Shown: positions 7,038-16,330, numbered from the stretch's first letter. The stretch: 20,000 nt of DNA from an uncultured virus (IMG/VR IMGVR_UViG_2917045514_000007) (IMGVR_UViG_2917045514_000007:44755-64754); one strand, 5' to 3'. Numbers and translations: made by a program. The notes: a model not told the origin generated them from the sequence alone.

Positions 7038-7535
7038 ATGGCACGCGGAGTGAACAAGGTAATCCTGGTCGGCCATCTGGGCCAGGATCCAGACGCAAGA
7101 TCTACCCCCAGCGGGAAGGCAGTTACGTCCCTCAGCCTGGCCACTAGCGAAAGCTGGAAAGACAAGCAGACCGGCCAGCAGCAGGAGCGCACCGAGTGGC
7201 ACCGGGTCGTGCTCTTTGGCCGGCTGGCCGAAATCGCAGCGCAATACCTGCGAAAGGGCTCCCAGGTCTACATCGAAGGCAGCCTACGCACCCGCAAGTG
7301 GCAGGGCCAGGACGGCCAGGACCACTACAGCACCGAGGTAGTGGTGGACATCAACGGCAACATGCAACTGCTCGGCGGCAAGCCTGAGCAGGCAGGCCAG
7401 TCGCGTGGCCCTGGCCGCGAGCCGCCACCGCGGCCGACCACTCACCACCAGCCGCAACCGGCAACCGACTACGACAGCTACGACGACGACATTCCGTTCG
7501 ATGACCCCTATCGCCTGCTCTGGCGTCTCGTGTAA
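7038..7535 (+). CDS. ssb: Single-stranded DNA-binding protein
   Basis: [18 protein letters not shown]...[43 protein letters not shown] near the C-terminus. Confidence 0.97.
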   Translation: MARGVNKVILVGHLGQDPDARSTPSGKAVTSLSLATSESWKDKQTGQQQERTEWHRVVLFGRLAEIAAQYLRKGSQVYIEGSLRTRKWQGQDGQDHYSTEVVVDINGNMQLLGGKPEQAGQSRGPGREPPPRPTTHHQPQPATDYDSYDDDIPFDDPYRLLWRLV

Positions 7536-7561
7536 GCGCCAGGCCACCCAGGAGACACCCC

Positions 7562-8782
7562 ATGTGGTTCCGCAACCTGCAAATCTACCGCCTCACCCAA
7601 GACCTGCAAATCGACGCCGCGGCGCTGGAGCAGGCCCTGGCCAGCAAGCCGGCACGCCCCTGCGAAAGCCAGGAACTGACCACCTACGGCTTCGCCGCTC
7701 CGTTCGGCAAGGGCCCGAACGCACCGCTGGTGCACGCCAGCCGCGGCTTCCTGCTCATCTCCACCCGAAAGCAGGAGCGCCTGCTGCCCGGCAGCGTAGT
7801 GCGCGACGAACTGGCCGAGAAGGTCGAGCAAATCGAAACCGACCAGATGCGCAAGGTGTTCAAGAAGGAGCGCGACCAGCTCAAGGACGAGATCGTCCAG
7901 ACGCTGCTGCCACGGGCTTTCATTCGCAAGTCCAGCACGTTCGCCGCGCTGGACCTTGAGCAAGGCCTGGTGCTGATCGACACCAACAGCGCAAAGAAGG
8001 CCGAGGACCTACTGTCCACCCTGCGCGAAGCCCTGGGCTCGCTGCCGGTACGCCCGCTCAGCGTGAAGGTCGCGCCCAGTGCAACCCTCACCGACTGGAT
8101 GAAGGACCAGGCCGCCGGCGGCGACTTCCACGTGCTGGACAGCGCGGTACTCGCCGACACCCACGAGGACGGCGGCAAGGTCGTGGCCACCCGCCAGGAC
8201 ATGACCAGCGAGGAAATGCAGTTACACCTGTCCTCCGGGAAGCTGGTCACCCAGGTGGCCCTGGCCTGGTCGGACAAGCTCAGCTTCGTGCTCGACACCA
8301 AGCTGGCGATCAAGCGCCTGCGCTTCGACGACCTGCTGCAGGAGCAGGCTGAGAAGGACGGCGGCGACGATGCCGCCGGCCAGCTCGACGCCAGCTTCGT
8401 CCTGATGATGCTCACCTTCCGCGAGTTCATACCGCAACTGCTGGAGGCCTTGGGCGGCGAAGAGTTCCCGCAGGGAATCGACGGTGCGTACGATGAGCCC
8501 GAGCCAGCGCCTGGCGCCGGCATCGACGTAACCAAGGCGCTAGGGATGCGCGACGGTATCACCGCGACCCTCCATATCCCCCAGGTCAACGGGCCCGGTG
8601 ACGACCCGCTGCTGAAGGAGGCCATCCGCTTCGTCCGCGAGACGCGCCGCGCTTCGATCTCCGCCATCCAGCGCAAACTCAAGATCGGCTACAACCGCGC
8701 GGCACGCCTGGTAGAGGAAATGGAATTGCTGGATATCGTCGGGCCGATGCAGGGAGACGGATCTCGCGAGGTTCTGTCGTGA
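7562..8782 (+). CDS. rdgC: Recombination-associated protein RdgC fused to C-terminal FtsK-gamma domain
   Basis: [11 protein letters not shown]...ERLLPGSVV...[14 protein letters not shown]...GSLPVRPL is RdgC. The last ~60 aa ([41 protein letters not shown]...GSREVL) are an FtsK gamma winged helix. Confidence 0.92.
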   Translation: MWFRNLQIYRLTQDLQIDAAALEQALASKPARPCESQELTTYGFAAPFGKGPNAPLVHASRGFLLISTRKQERLLPGSVVRDELAEKVEQIETDQMRKVFKKERDQLKDEIVQTLLPRAFIRKSSTFAALDLEQGLVLIDTNSAKKAEDLLSTLREALGSLPVRPLSVKVAPSATLTDWMKDQAAGGDFHVLDSAVLADTHEDGGKVVATRQDMTSEEMQLHLSSGKLVTQVALAWSDKLSFVLDTKLAIKRLRFDDLLQEQAEKDGGDDAAGQLDASFVLMMLTFREFIPQLLEALGGEEFPQGIDGAYDEPEPAPGAGIDVTKALGMRDGITATLHIPQVNGPGDDPLLKEAIRFVRETRRASISAIQRKLKIGYNRAARLVEEMELLDIVGPMQGDGSREVLS

Positions 8783-8988
8783 AGTCGCCCCCATCGACGA
8801 TGCAGAACGAAACGCTCGGGCACATCCGAGCGTTCTGGGCGGAGAAAGGCTACGCACCCACCGTCGCAGAACTGGCAGCCAAGGCCGGCGTCCGCCAGTT
8901 CGCCATCCAGCAGCGCCTGACCGCCCTCGAGAACAAGGGCTACATCCAGCGCGACCCGAAAGTGGCGCGCAGTATCCGCCCGCTCTAA
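8779..8988 (+). CDS. LexA N-terminal DNA-binding-domain-only protein (69 aa)
   Basis: '[10 protein letters not shown]...[21 protein letters not shown]' matches the LexA wHTH (GxPPTxxEIA...L.AL.RKG.I...G.SRGIR); no peptidase domain. Confidence 0.8.
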   Translation: MKSPPSTMQNETLGHIRAFWAEKGYAPTVAELAAKAGVRQFAIQQRLTALENKGYIQRDPKVARSIRPL

Positions 8989-9000
8989 CGCCACCCGCCG

Positions 9001-9028
9001 AGCGCCCCACCCGGGGCGCTTTCTCTTT
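9001..9028 (+). terminator. Probable Rho-independent terminator
   Basis: AGCGCCCC-ACCC-GGGGCGCT followed by TTCTCTTT. Confidence 0.7.
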
Positions 9029-9132
9029 CAGCACGCACCGGACGCCGCCCTGTGGGCGATTCAACCATGCCTCGTGGGCCGCCCTGTCAGGCAGGGCGGC
9101 GTCCGGTGTGTGCCGTTCCTCAAGGAAACAGC

Positions 9133-11763
9133 ATGACCGCCTATGAAGACTTCTTGCGAGCGAAGGTCCGCCTCGCCGAGCCGAAAGGCTTCGAAGTGGA
9201 GCCCTCGGCCTTCAACCCCCTGCTCAAGCCGCACCAGCGCGCCATCGCCACCTGGCTGGTGCGCCAAGGCCGCGCGGCCTGTTTCGCGGCCTTCGGCCTG
9301 GGCAAGTCGGTAATGCAGCTTGAGGTGGTGCGCGTCACCCGCGACCTAGCCGGCGGCTACGCTCTCATCACCATTCCGCTGGGTGTGCGCCAGGAGTTCT
9401 ACCGCGACGCCGCGATGCTCGGCATCACCGTCCGGTTCATCCGCAGTTTCGACGAGGTAGACGACCCCGCCACCATCTACCTGACCAATTACGAGACCGT
9501 CCGCGACGGCAAGCTCGACCCTCGCCGGTTCAGCGTGGCAAGCCTGGACGAAGCCAGTTGCCTTCGCGGCTTCGGCGGCAGCAAGACGTTCCGCGAGTTC
9601 ATGGCTCTGTTCGCTGGTGACGATCGCGCCGCCGGCGTCCGCGGCGATGGCGTCCGGTACCGGTACGTGGCCACTGCCACGCCAAGCCCGAACGAATACA
9701 TCGAGCTACTGGCTTACTCGGCCTTCCTCGGCGTGATGGATGTCGGCCAGGCCAAGACCAGGTTCTTCAAACGCAACTCTGAGAAGGCCGACCAACTCAC
9801 CATCCATGCCCACAAAGAGGGCGAGTTCTGGATGTGGGTGGCGTCCTGGGCGATCTTCGTTCAGCGCCCCAGCGACCTCGGGTTCAGCGACGAAGGCTAC
9901 GCGCTACCGGAACTGGACATCCGCTGGCACGAAGTACCGTCCGACCACTCGCACGCTGGCCATGAGCGTAACGGCCAGGGCCGCCTGCTTCGCAACACCG
10001 CCATTGGCGTGCAGGACGCCGCCGCAGAGAAGCGCGAGAGCCTTCCTGCCCGGATCGCCAAACTGATGGAGATCCGGGCCGAGGCTCCAGATGCTCACCG
10101 GATCATCTGGCATGACCTCGAGGCGGAACGCCACGCGATCGAGGCCGCTATCCCCACCGCCATCAGCGTCTACGGCGCCCAGGATCTGGAGGAGCGCGAG
10201 CGCGCGATTGTCCAGTTCAGCGACGGCGAGTTCCAGGAACTGGCTGCCAAACCAGTGATCGCAGGCAGCGGCTGCAACTTCCAGCGCCACTGCTCGTGGG
10301 CCATCTACCTGGGCATCGGCTTCAAGTTCAACGACTTCATCCAGTCCATTCACCGCCTGCACCGATTCCTGCAGACAGGCCGTGTGCGCATCGACCTGAT
10401 CTATACCGAGGCCGAGCGCGACATCCGCCGCCAACTCGAACGGAAGTGGCAGCAGCACAACACCATGGTTCAGCGCATGACCGAGATCATCAAGCAGTAC
10501 GGCCTGTCCGTGGCCGCCATGGCACAGACCCTCACCCGCTCCATGGGCGTGGAGCGCGTCGAGATCAAGGGCAAGGACTACACCATCGTCAACAACGACA
10601 CCGTGCTCGAAACCTGCCGCATGGAAAGCAACAGCGTCGGCTTGACCATCACCAGCATCCCCTTCAGCACCCAGTACGAGTACTCGCCGAACTACGCCGA
10701 CTTCGGCCACACCGACGACAACGCGCACTTCTTCGAGCAGATGGACTATCTGATCCCGGAACTGCTGCGCGTGACCATCCCCGGGCGTCTGGCCTGCATC
10801 CACGTGAAGGATCGCATCATTCCCGGCGGAATGACCGGCCTTGGCTTCCAGACCGTCTACCCCTTCCACATGGAAGTGACTCGAGCCTTCGTCAAGCATG
10901 GCTGGGCCTATATGGGCATGAAGACCATCGTCACCGACGTGGTTCACGAGAACGCCCAGACCTACCGCCTCTCGTGGACGGAACAGTGCAAGGACGGCAC
11001 CAAGATGGGTGTCGGCATGCCCGAGTACCTGCTGATCTTCCGCAAGCCCCCCACCGACAACTCCAACGCCTACGGCGACATTCCGGTGGTCAAGGCCAAG
11101 CCCCTGTGCATCGACGAAGACGGCCAGATCGTCCCCTTCGCCATGGACAAGAAGCTCACCGTCACCCGCGGCAACGGCTACAGCCGGGCACGCTGGCAGT
11201 TGGACGCCCACGGCTTCACCCGCAGCAACGGCAACCGTCCGCTGACTGAAGCGGACTTCGAAGGCATTCCGCACGACGTGATGTTCAAGCTGTACCGCGA
11301 CTACAGCCTGTCCACCGTCTACGACTTCGAGCACCACGTCCGCATCGGCGAATCGCTGGAGGTCACCGGGAAGCTGCCCACCGGCTTCATGCTGCTGCCA
11401 CCGCAGTCCTGGCACCCGGACGTATGGACCGACGTCGCCCGCATGCGGACGCTCAACGCCCAGCAGTACAGCAAGGGCCAGGAAATGCACCTGTGCCCGC
11501 TGCAGTTCGACATCGTCGACCGGGCCATCGTGCAGTACTCCATGGAAGGAGACCTGGTCTTCGATCCCTTCGGCGGGATCATGACCGTCCCGTACTGCGC
11601 GCTGAAGCTCAAGCGCAGAGCCCGCGCCCACGAACTGAACTCCCGCTACTTCCTGGACGGTGCCGGCTATTGCAAGTCTGCCGAGGAAGAGATGGCCATG
11701 CCCGACCTGTTCGCCCTGCTCGAGGCCGAGGCCGACATTATCCATAAGGAACCCGCCGCATGA
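9133..11763 (+). CDS. SF2/SNF2-like helicase fused to an amino (N4C/N6A, beta-class) DNA methyltransferase
   Basis: AAGGA RBS before ATG 9133. Helicase motifs FGLGKS, LDEAS, TATPSPN, QSIHRLHRFLQ; MTase motif IV-like TSIPF precedes motif I FDPFGG. Confidence 0.85.
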   Translation: MTAYEDFLRAKVRLAEPKGFEVEPSAFNPLLKPHQRAIATWLVRQGRAACFAAFGLGKSVMQLEVVRVTRDLAGGYALITIPLGVRQEFYRDAAMLGITVRFIRSFDEVDDPATIYLTNYETVRDGKLDPRRFSVASLDEASCLRGFGGSKTFREFMALFAGDDRAAGVRGDGVRYRYVATATPSPNEYIELLAYSAFLGVMDVGQAKTRFFKRNSEKADQLTIHAHKEGEFWMWVASWAIFVQRPSDLGFSDEGYALPELDIRWHEVPSDHSHAGHERNGQGRLLRNTAIGVQDAAAEKRESLPARIAKLMEIRAEAPDAHRIIWHDLEAERHAIEAAIPTAISVYGAQDLEERERAIVQFSDGEFQELAAKPVIAGSGCNFQRHCSWAIYLGIGFKFNDFIQSIHRLHRFLQTGRVRIDLIYTEAERDIRRQLERKWQQHNTMVQRMTEIIKQYGLSVAAMAQTLTRSMGVERVEIKGKDYTIVNNDTVLETCRMESNSVGLTITSIPFSTQYEYSPNYADFGHTDDNAHFFEQMDYLIPELLRVTIPGRLACIHVKDRIIPGGMTGLGFQTVYPFHMEVTRAFVKHGWAYMGMKTIVTDVVHENAQTYRLSWTEQCKDGTKMGVGMPEYLLIFRKPPTDNSNAYGDIPVVKAKPLCIDEDGQIVPFAMDKKLTVTRGNGYSRARWQLDAHGFTRSNGNRPLTEADFEGIPHDVMFKLYRDYSLSTVYDFEHHVRIGESLEVTGKLPTGFMLLPPQSWHPDVWTDVARMRTLNAQQYSKGQEMHLCPLQFDIVDRAIVQYSMEGDLVFDPFGGIMTVPYCALKLKRRARAHELNSRYFLDGAGYCKSAEEEMAMPDLFALLEAEADIIHKEPAA

Positions 11764-13568
11764 TCAAGCGCACTCTGTACCACTTCCACTTCTGCTGCGG
11801 CCTGGGCGGCGGCGCCGCCGGTTTCAACCGGGCGCGCCCGCGGGTCGGCAACGTCGAGGCTGAATGGGTCTGCCTCGGCGGGATCGACGTGGACCCGGCC
11901 GGCCTGCGCGACTTCGAGCGCCTGGCCGGTGTCCCGGGTACCCTGCTGGACCTGTTCACCCGCGACCAATACATCCGCTTCCATGGAAAGGAGCCGCCCG
12001 CCGGTTGGCGGGAGGCGACTCCGGAGGATATTCGTCGCGCCGCCGGCGGGCGCCGGCCGGATGCCGTGTTCATCAGCTCGCCCTGCAAAGGCGCCAGCGG
12101 CCTGCTGTCGGAGAAGATGAGCCTGACTCCAAAGTACCAGGCGCTGAACGAGTTGACGCTGCGCTGCATCTGGCTGATGGGCGAGGCATGGGCTGATGAC
12201 CCGGTACCGCTGATCGTCTTCGAGAACGTCCCACGCCTTGCCAGCCGCGGCCGGCACCTGCTGGACCAGATCAATAGCCTGCTCGGCGGCTTCGGCTACG
12301 CAGTGGCGGAAACCACTCACGACTGCGGCGAACTCGGCGGCCTGGCGCAGTCCCGGAAGCGCTTCCTGCTTGTCGCGCGGCACGTCGAAAAAGTGCCCCC
12401 CTTCCTGTACGAGCCAGAGAAGAAGACCCTGCGCGCCGTCGGCGACATCCTCGGCCGCATGCCGCTGCCGGGCGACATCGATGCCGCGGGGCCAATGCAC
12501 CGCATCCCATCGCTGCACTGGAAGACCTGGGTGCGCCTGGCCTTGGTAGAGGCCGGCAGCGACTGGCGGAGCCTGAACAAGCTGGCGATCGAGGACGGCC
12601 ACCTGCGCGACCTGGTAATCGTGCCGGAGTACCGCTCCGGCTACATGGGGGTGCATGGGTGGGACGACACTGCCAGCACTATCGCCGGCCGCTCCGGCCC
12701 TACCAACGGCGCATTTTCGGTAGCCGATCCTCGCTACCGCCAAGCCGCAAACTGGAACCACGGCCAGCAGTTCGGGGTGATCCGCTGGGCCGAATCAGCG
12801 CCGACTATCCCAGGGCAAACGATGCCAGGCCAAGGCACATTCAGCGTCGCCGACCCGCGCCCAGGCGGCGTCCGGCACAACAACGTGTTTCGCGTCGTCA
12901 GCATGGGGAGCCACGCCGGAACCGTCACCGGCGGGCACTCACCCAGTTCCGGAGGCCAGGCTGTTGCCGATCCCAGGTACCACAACTGGCACCCAGGGGC
13001 GAGCAGCCGCAAATTGCACGTCGGCGAGTGGGGAAGCGCTACCGGCACGGTCACCGGCTCCCAGCAAGTGGCCAGCGGCGCGCTGTCGATCGCTGATCCG
13101 CGCGTGCTCGATCGCACCAAGGGCGACGCCTACCTGACCGGCGGGCACTACGGTGTCGTCGGGTTCGACCAGTCCGCCGGCGCAGTATCCGCCAGCGCGC
13201 GGCACGACAATGGCCGGTGGAGCTTCGCCGACCCGCGCATGCCGGCGGCGAACGACCGGCTCACCTGCATCATCCAGTCGCTGGACGGCACCTGGCACCG
13301 GCCCTTCACCACCCTGGAGCTGGCCGCGCTGCAGAGCCTGGTGGACCCGGAAGAACAGTTGATCCTCGACGGCCTGAGCGACAGCGACTGGCGCGAGCGC
13401 ATCGGCAACGCCGTACCGCCGGCCGCGGCCGAGGCCATCGCCGGCGTGATGGGCACCACCCTGCTGCTGGCCGAGCAGGGCGAGACCTTCATGCTCAGCA
13501 ATACGCCGATCTGGGTACGCCCGGTTGCGATGGCGCTGAGCGTCGCGCAACAGGAGGCGCAACCGTGA
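11760..13568 (+). CDS. C5-cytosine DNA methyltransferase with expanded repetitive variable region
   Basis: Motif I FCCGLGGG, IV SSPCKGAS, VI FENV, VIII QSRKR, X IGNAVPP. Confidence 0.92.
   Translation: MIKRTLYHFHFCCGLGGGAAGFNRARPRVGNVEAEWVCLGGIDVDPAGLRDFERLAGVPGTLLDLFTRDQYIRFHGKEPPAGWREATPEDIRRAAGGRRPDAVFISSPCKGASGLLSEKMSLTPKYQALNELTLRCIWLMGEAWADDPVPLIVFENVPRLASRGRHLLDQINSLLGGFGYAVAETTHDCGELGGLAQSRKRFLLVARHVEKVPPFLYEPEKKTLRAVGDILGRMPLPGDIDAAGPMHRIPSLHWKTWVRLALVEAGSDWRSLNKLAIEDGHLRDLVIVPEYRSGYMGVHGWDDTASTIAGRSGPTNGAFSVADPRYRQAANWNHGQQFGVIRWAESAPTIPGQTMPGQGTFSVADPRPGGVRHNNVFRVVSMGSHAGTVTGGHSPSSGGQAVADPRYHNWHPGASSRKLHVGEWGSATGTVTGSQQVASGALSIADPRVLDRTKGDAYLTGGHYGVVGFDQSAGAVSASARHDNGRWSFADPRMPAANDRLTCIIQSLDGTWHRPFTTLELAALQSLVDPEEQLILDGLSDSDWRERIGNAVPPAAAEAIAGVMGTTLLLAEQGETFMLSNTPIWVRPVAMALSVAQQEAQP
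12648..13238 (+). repeat. Five diverged ~39-45 aa in-frame repeats ending in ADPR inside the C5 MTase
   Basis: ADPR ends at 12734, 12860, 12977, 13103, 13238 (spacing 126/117/126/135 nt). Confidence 0.9.
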
Positions 13569-13996
13569 ACACCGAACAGTTCATTCGCAACGCGGCCGCG
13601 CGCGGGCTCTCCCGCCGCGCCACCATGCACGCGCTCGGCATGGGCCCCTGGAAGTTCCGAGAGCTGCTGACCCTGATGCCGGATATCGAGTGGCCGGCGA
13701 AGGGCCAGTCACTGGACCACAAACGCGCGAACCAGCAGAAGCGGGGCTACTGCCCGCCAGCGCTCGCCCGCGCGCTGGACCAGGCCCGCCAGGCACGCAA
13801 GGAAAAGCACACCCACACCGTGCGCGGCCGGACCGGAACCATAGAGGAACTGGTGGAGACGCTGCCGAGCCCTGTCTCGGCTAGCACCGTACGCAGGCGG
13901 CTCGCCGGAGGCATGCCGCTCGAGGAAGCCCTCCTTACTCCTGCAATTCCGCCGTTCAGCAACTCCAAACGGGAGAATCCCGATGATCAAGAATGA
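13565..13996 (+). CDS. Hypothetical basic protein, possible HTH (143 aa)
   Basis: GGAGG RBS, GTGA overlap with MTase stop; MNTEQFIRNAAARGLSRRA...VSASTVRRRLAGGMPLEEALLTP. Confidence 0.7.
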   Translation: MNTEQFIRNAAARGLSRRATMHALGMGPWKFRELLTLMPDIEWPAKGQSLDHKRANQQKRGYCPPALARALDQARQARKEKHTHTVRGRTGTIEELVETLPSPVSASTVRRRLAGGMPLEEALLTPAIPPFSNSKRENPDDQE

Positions 13997-15611
13997 CTCT
14001 CAGACTCCTTTATGCACTTGCCCGAGTGGCAACGGCTCGCTGCGCCATCCCTGCCCGGCACATCCTGCGGTAGAGCAGGCAGGCGGGGATGAGCGCGACT
14101 TCCAGGCAAAGGGCGCACAGGAGGTTCCATCGCCAGTCTCAAAAGAGTATGACCGACATTTGATCGGTCTTTTGCGTAAAGGTGAGGCACTTCCTGGCCA
14201 CCAGGAGGAGGCCGCTGACGAGATCGAGCGCCTGCGCGATTGGAATGATCACCTGAACAACACCGTTCTACCCAACATACTCAATCCAAATTTCCTGATG
14301 CTCATGAAGGGTGGCGAGAGGCTGCTTGACCTGTGCACGAAGGACGGCAAGTTCATTGGCGTATCGCTGAATGACATGAAGGACGTGTTTGATTGGATGG
14401 TCACGCACGCTCGAATTGCACCTGATCACGCCGCCCTGGCGCAACCCTCCCCGGCGTCGGACCTAGACCCGCTCAACCTAGCCCCGCATGCGGAAGCGTT
14501 CAACGAAGCTCCCGATGAAGCTCTCAGGCCTGAGCAGGCAGAGGCGGAGCGGTCGGCATTGTGGGCTGTACATGCCCAGGGGCCGGACGAACTGTACGCA
14601 GCATTCAGCCGCGAAGACGCGGAGAAACATGCCGCCGAGCTGAACGCCCTGCCAATGCCTGAAGGGATCGCGGTTGGCGCCGTGGTCGTTCCCTCCCCCT
14701 GGCCGGCTGTCCAGCACTGGCAGTATCTGGCCGAACAGGAGCAAGACCACAAGAACGAGATCGCCGGGCGCCTGCGCCAGCACGAGCGCATCGGCGAGGC
14801 GCTGCGGGCGGAGATCACCCAACTCCGTCAGCACAAGAACGATTACATGGATGCTGGGCAGGAAACGTACCGGGCATTACAGAACGAAATCAGAGAACGG
14901 GAAGCGGAAATTGCTCGTCTTGATGGTCTGGTTTCAGGCCACACGGCAGAGCGCGACGCCGCCCTGGCCAGGGTCGCAGAGCTGGAGAGGCAGGAGCCGG
15001 TTGGATGGGAATGGATCGAGGTATTTGTGGGCGGCAACTTCGACGGCGAAGAAGCTGACAACGGCTTCTATCGCGGCACCGACAAGGAGAATATCCTCCC
15101 GTCCATTGAGGGCACCGAGGTACGGCAGCGTCCGCTCTACGCCGCCCCGGTAGCCCAGACTCAGCACAGCGTGCCGGTAGCGCGAGAGCAGTTGGAGCGG
15201 CTGGTTCGAATTCTCGACGCCCACAACTACGCAAAAGATGCTGAAGCACTAATGGCTCTGCTCGCCGCCGCGCCCGGCAAAGAAGTGCCGCAGGCATGGC
15301 TCGACGTTCAAGCCGAACGACGCCGGCAGGTCGAGGCCGAGGGATGGACGCCGGAGCACGACGACGAGCACGCCTGCGACGAGATCGCGGCCTTCGCATG
15401 CTTCTACGCTATGCCGCCGGCGGCGCGCGACCGGGATACCAGCAGCACCGGCTACGGCGACACGCTGGGCGAGGCCATTCTGCCTGAAGGCTGGGAGCCG
15501 AAGACCGGCGACCGACGCCGCGAGCTGGTCAAGGCCGGCGGCCTGATCCTTGCCGAGATCGAGCGCCTGGACCGAACAGCGGCGACCCAGGGAGGGCCGC
15601 GCGATGCGTAG
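13983..15611 (+). CDS. Mosaic multi-module phage accessory protein (Ead/Ea22-like position; 542 aa)
   Basis: GGAG RBS; patchwork of coiled-coil and short domains; C-terminal 'AWLDVQAERRRQVEAEGWTPEHDDEH...RRELVKAGGLILAEIERLDR' module common in lambdoid early regions. Confidence 0.7.
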   Translation: MIKNDSQTPLCTCPSGNGSLRHPCPAHPAVEQAGGDERDFQAKGAQEVPSPVSKEYDRHLIGLLRKGEALPGHQEEAADEIERLRDWNDHLNNTVLPNILNPNFLMLMKGGERLLDLCTKDGKFIGVSLNDMKDVFDWMVTHARIAPDHAALAQPSPASDLDPLNLAPHAEAFNEAPDEALRPEQAEAERSALWAVHAQGPDELYAAFSREDAEKHAAELNALPMPEGIAVGAVVVPSPWPAVQHWQYLAEQEQDHKNEIAGRLRQHERIGEALRAEITQLRQHKNDYMDAGQETYRALQNEIREREAEIARLDGLVSGHTAERDAALARVAELERQEPVGWEWIEVFVGGNFDGEEADNGFYRGTDKENILPSIEGTEVRQRPLYAAPVAQTQHSVPVAREQLERLVRILDAHNYAKDAEALMALLAAAPGKEVPQAWLDVQAERRRQVEAEGWTPEHDDEHACDEIAAFACFYAMPPAARDRDTSSTGYGDTLGEAILPEGWEPKTGDRRRELVKAGGLILAEIERLDRTAATQGGPRDA

Positions 15612-15726
15612 AGCACTGACCGCCCTCGGCATCATCGCCGCCCTCGGCCTGGCCGTGGTGGGGCTGGTGGAGACATTCCCGATCATCCGCACGCTGGCGG
15701 CCTGGCAGGCGGGGTGCTTCGGATGA
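15604..15726 (+). CDS. Small hydrophobic peptide (40 aa; not in ORF track)
   Basis: GGAGG RBS; MRRALTALGIIAALGLAVVGLVETFPIIRTLAAWQAGCFG*; ATGA overlap with the next gene. Confidence 0.6.
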   Translation: MRRALTALGIIAALGLAVVGLVETFPIIRTLAAWQAGCFG

Positions 15727-16145
15727 AGCAGAAACCAGGCATCGCCCTTCCCCGCTGGCTCCTGCGGACCACAACGATGCAGATGCACAGCGTCGACGTG
15801 GTATTGGTCATGGCGCTGGTGCTCCAGCACCACGGCACGGCGGACGCTGTTCGCCGCGCCGCCGGTCAGCTTCGCGACAGAGTGTGTGCCGAGCACCGGC
15901 CCAAGATGACCGCGCTCATGCGCATGCAAGACGACGCGGCGGCGCTGCAAGTGGCGCTCAACATCGTCCAACGCGCCACCGACGCCCTGGGCATCCTGCC
16001 GGAAACGGCGTTTCCGGCCGGGCCGGTACTGACTAACCGTTACCTCGAAACCCAACTTTCACCCGGTCCGTATCAATGGACCCGGGAGGTATCTCTATGC
16101 GCAACACCCAGCAGCACCAAGACGTCCCCCGCTTCATCGACTTGA
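15723..16145 (+). CDS. Hypothetical phage protein
   Basis: ATGA-coupled start MKQKPGIALPRWLL...; the 3' end overlaps the AlpA-like gene by 49 nt, so the tail is uncertain. Confidence 0.6.
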   Translation: MKQKPGIALPRWLLRTTTMQMHSVDVVLVMALVLQHHGTADAVRRAAGQLRDRVCAEHRPKMTALMRMQDDAAALQVALNIVQRATDALGILPETAFPAGPVLTNRYLETQLSPGPYQWTREVSLCATPSSTKTSPASST

Positions 16146-16330
16146 ATATGGTCAAGTTGAGAACGGGGATGGGCACCACGTTCATCTACGACCATATGAA
16201 GAAAGGGGACTTCCCCAAAGGGCGCAAGTTCGGCCGCGCCACTCGCTGGGCAGAGGTTGAAATCGACCAGTACTGCAACGGAACCTGGACGCCGCCGGCG
16301 CCGGCAAACGAAGCGGGAGCCCCAGAGTGA
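16097..16330 (+). CDS. AlpA-family excisionase / recombination directionality factor (77 aa)
   Basis: GGAGGT RBS at 16085-16090; 'RFIDLNMVKLRTGMGTTFIYDHMKKGDFPKGRKFGRATRWAEVEIDQY' is an AlpA HTH. Confidence 0.88.
   Translation: MRNTQQHQDVPRFIDLNMVKLRTGMGTTFIYDHMKKGDFPKGRKFGRATRWAEVEIDQYCNGTWTPPAPANEAGAPE

Noticed and set aside
9904..11745. 613-aa minus-strand ORF, and similar long antisense ORFs (4678-5748, 6108-7244, 7684-8682, 11667-12761)
   Set aside because: Shadow ORFs opposite well-supported + strand genes, expected from high-GC codon bias; no motifs or RBS.
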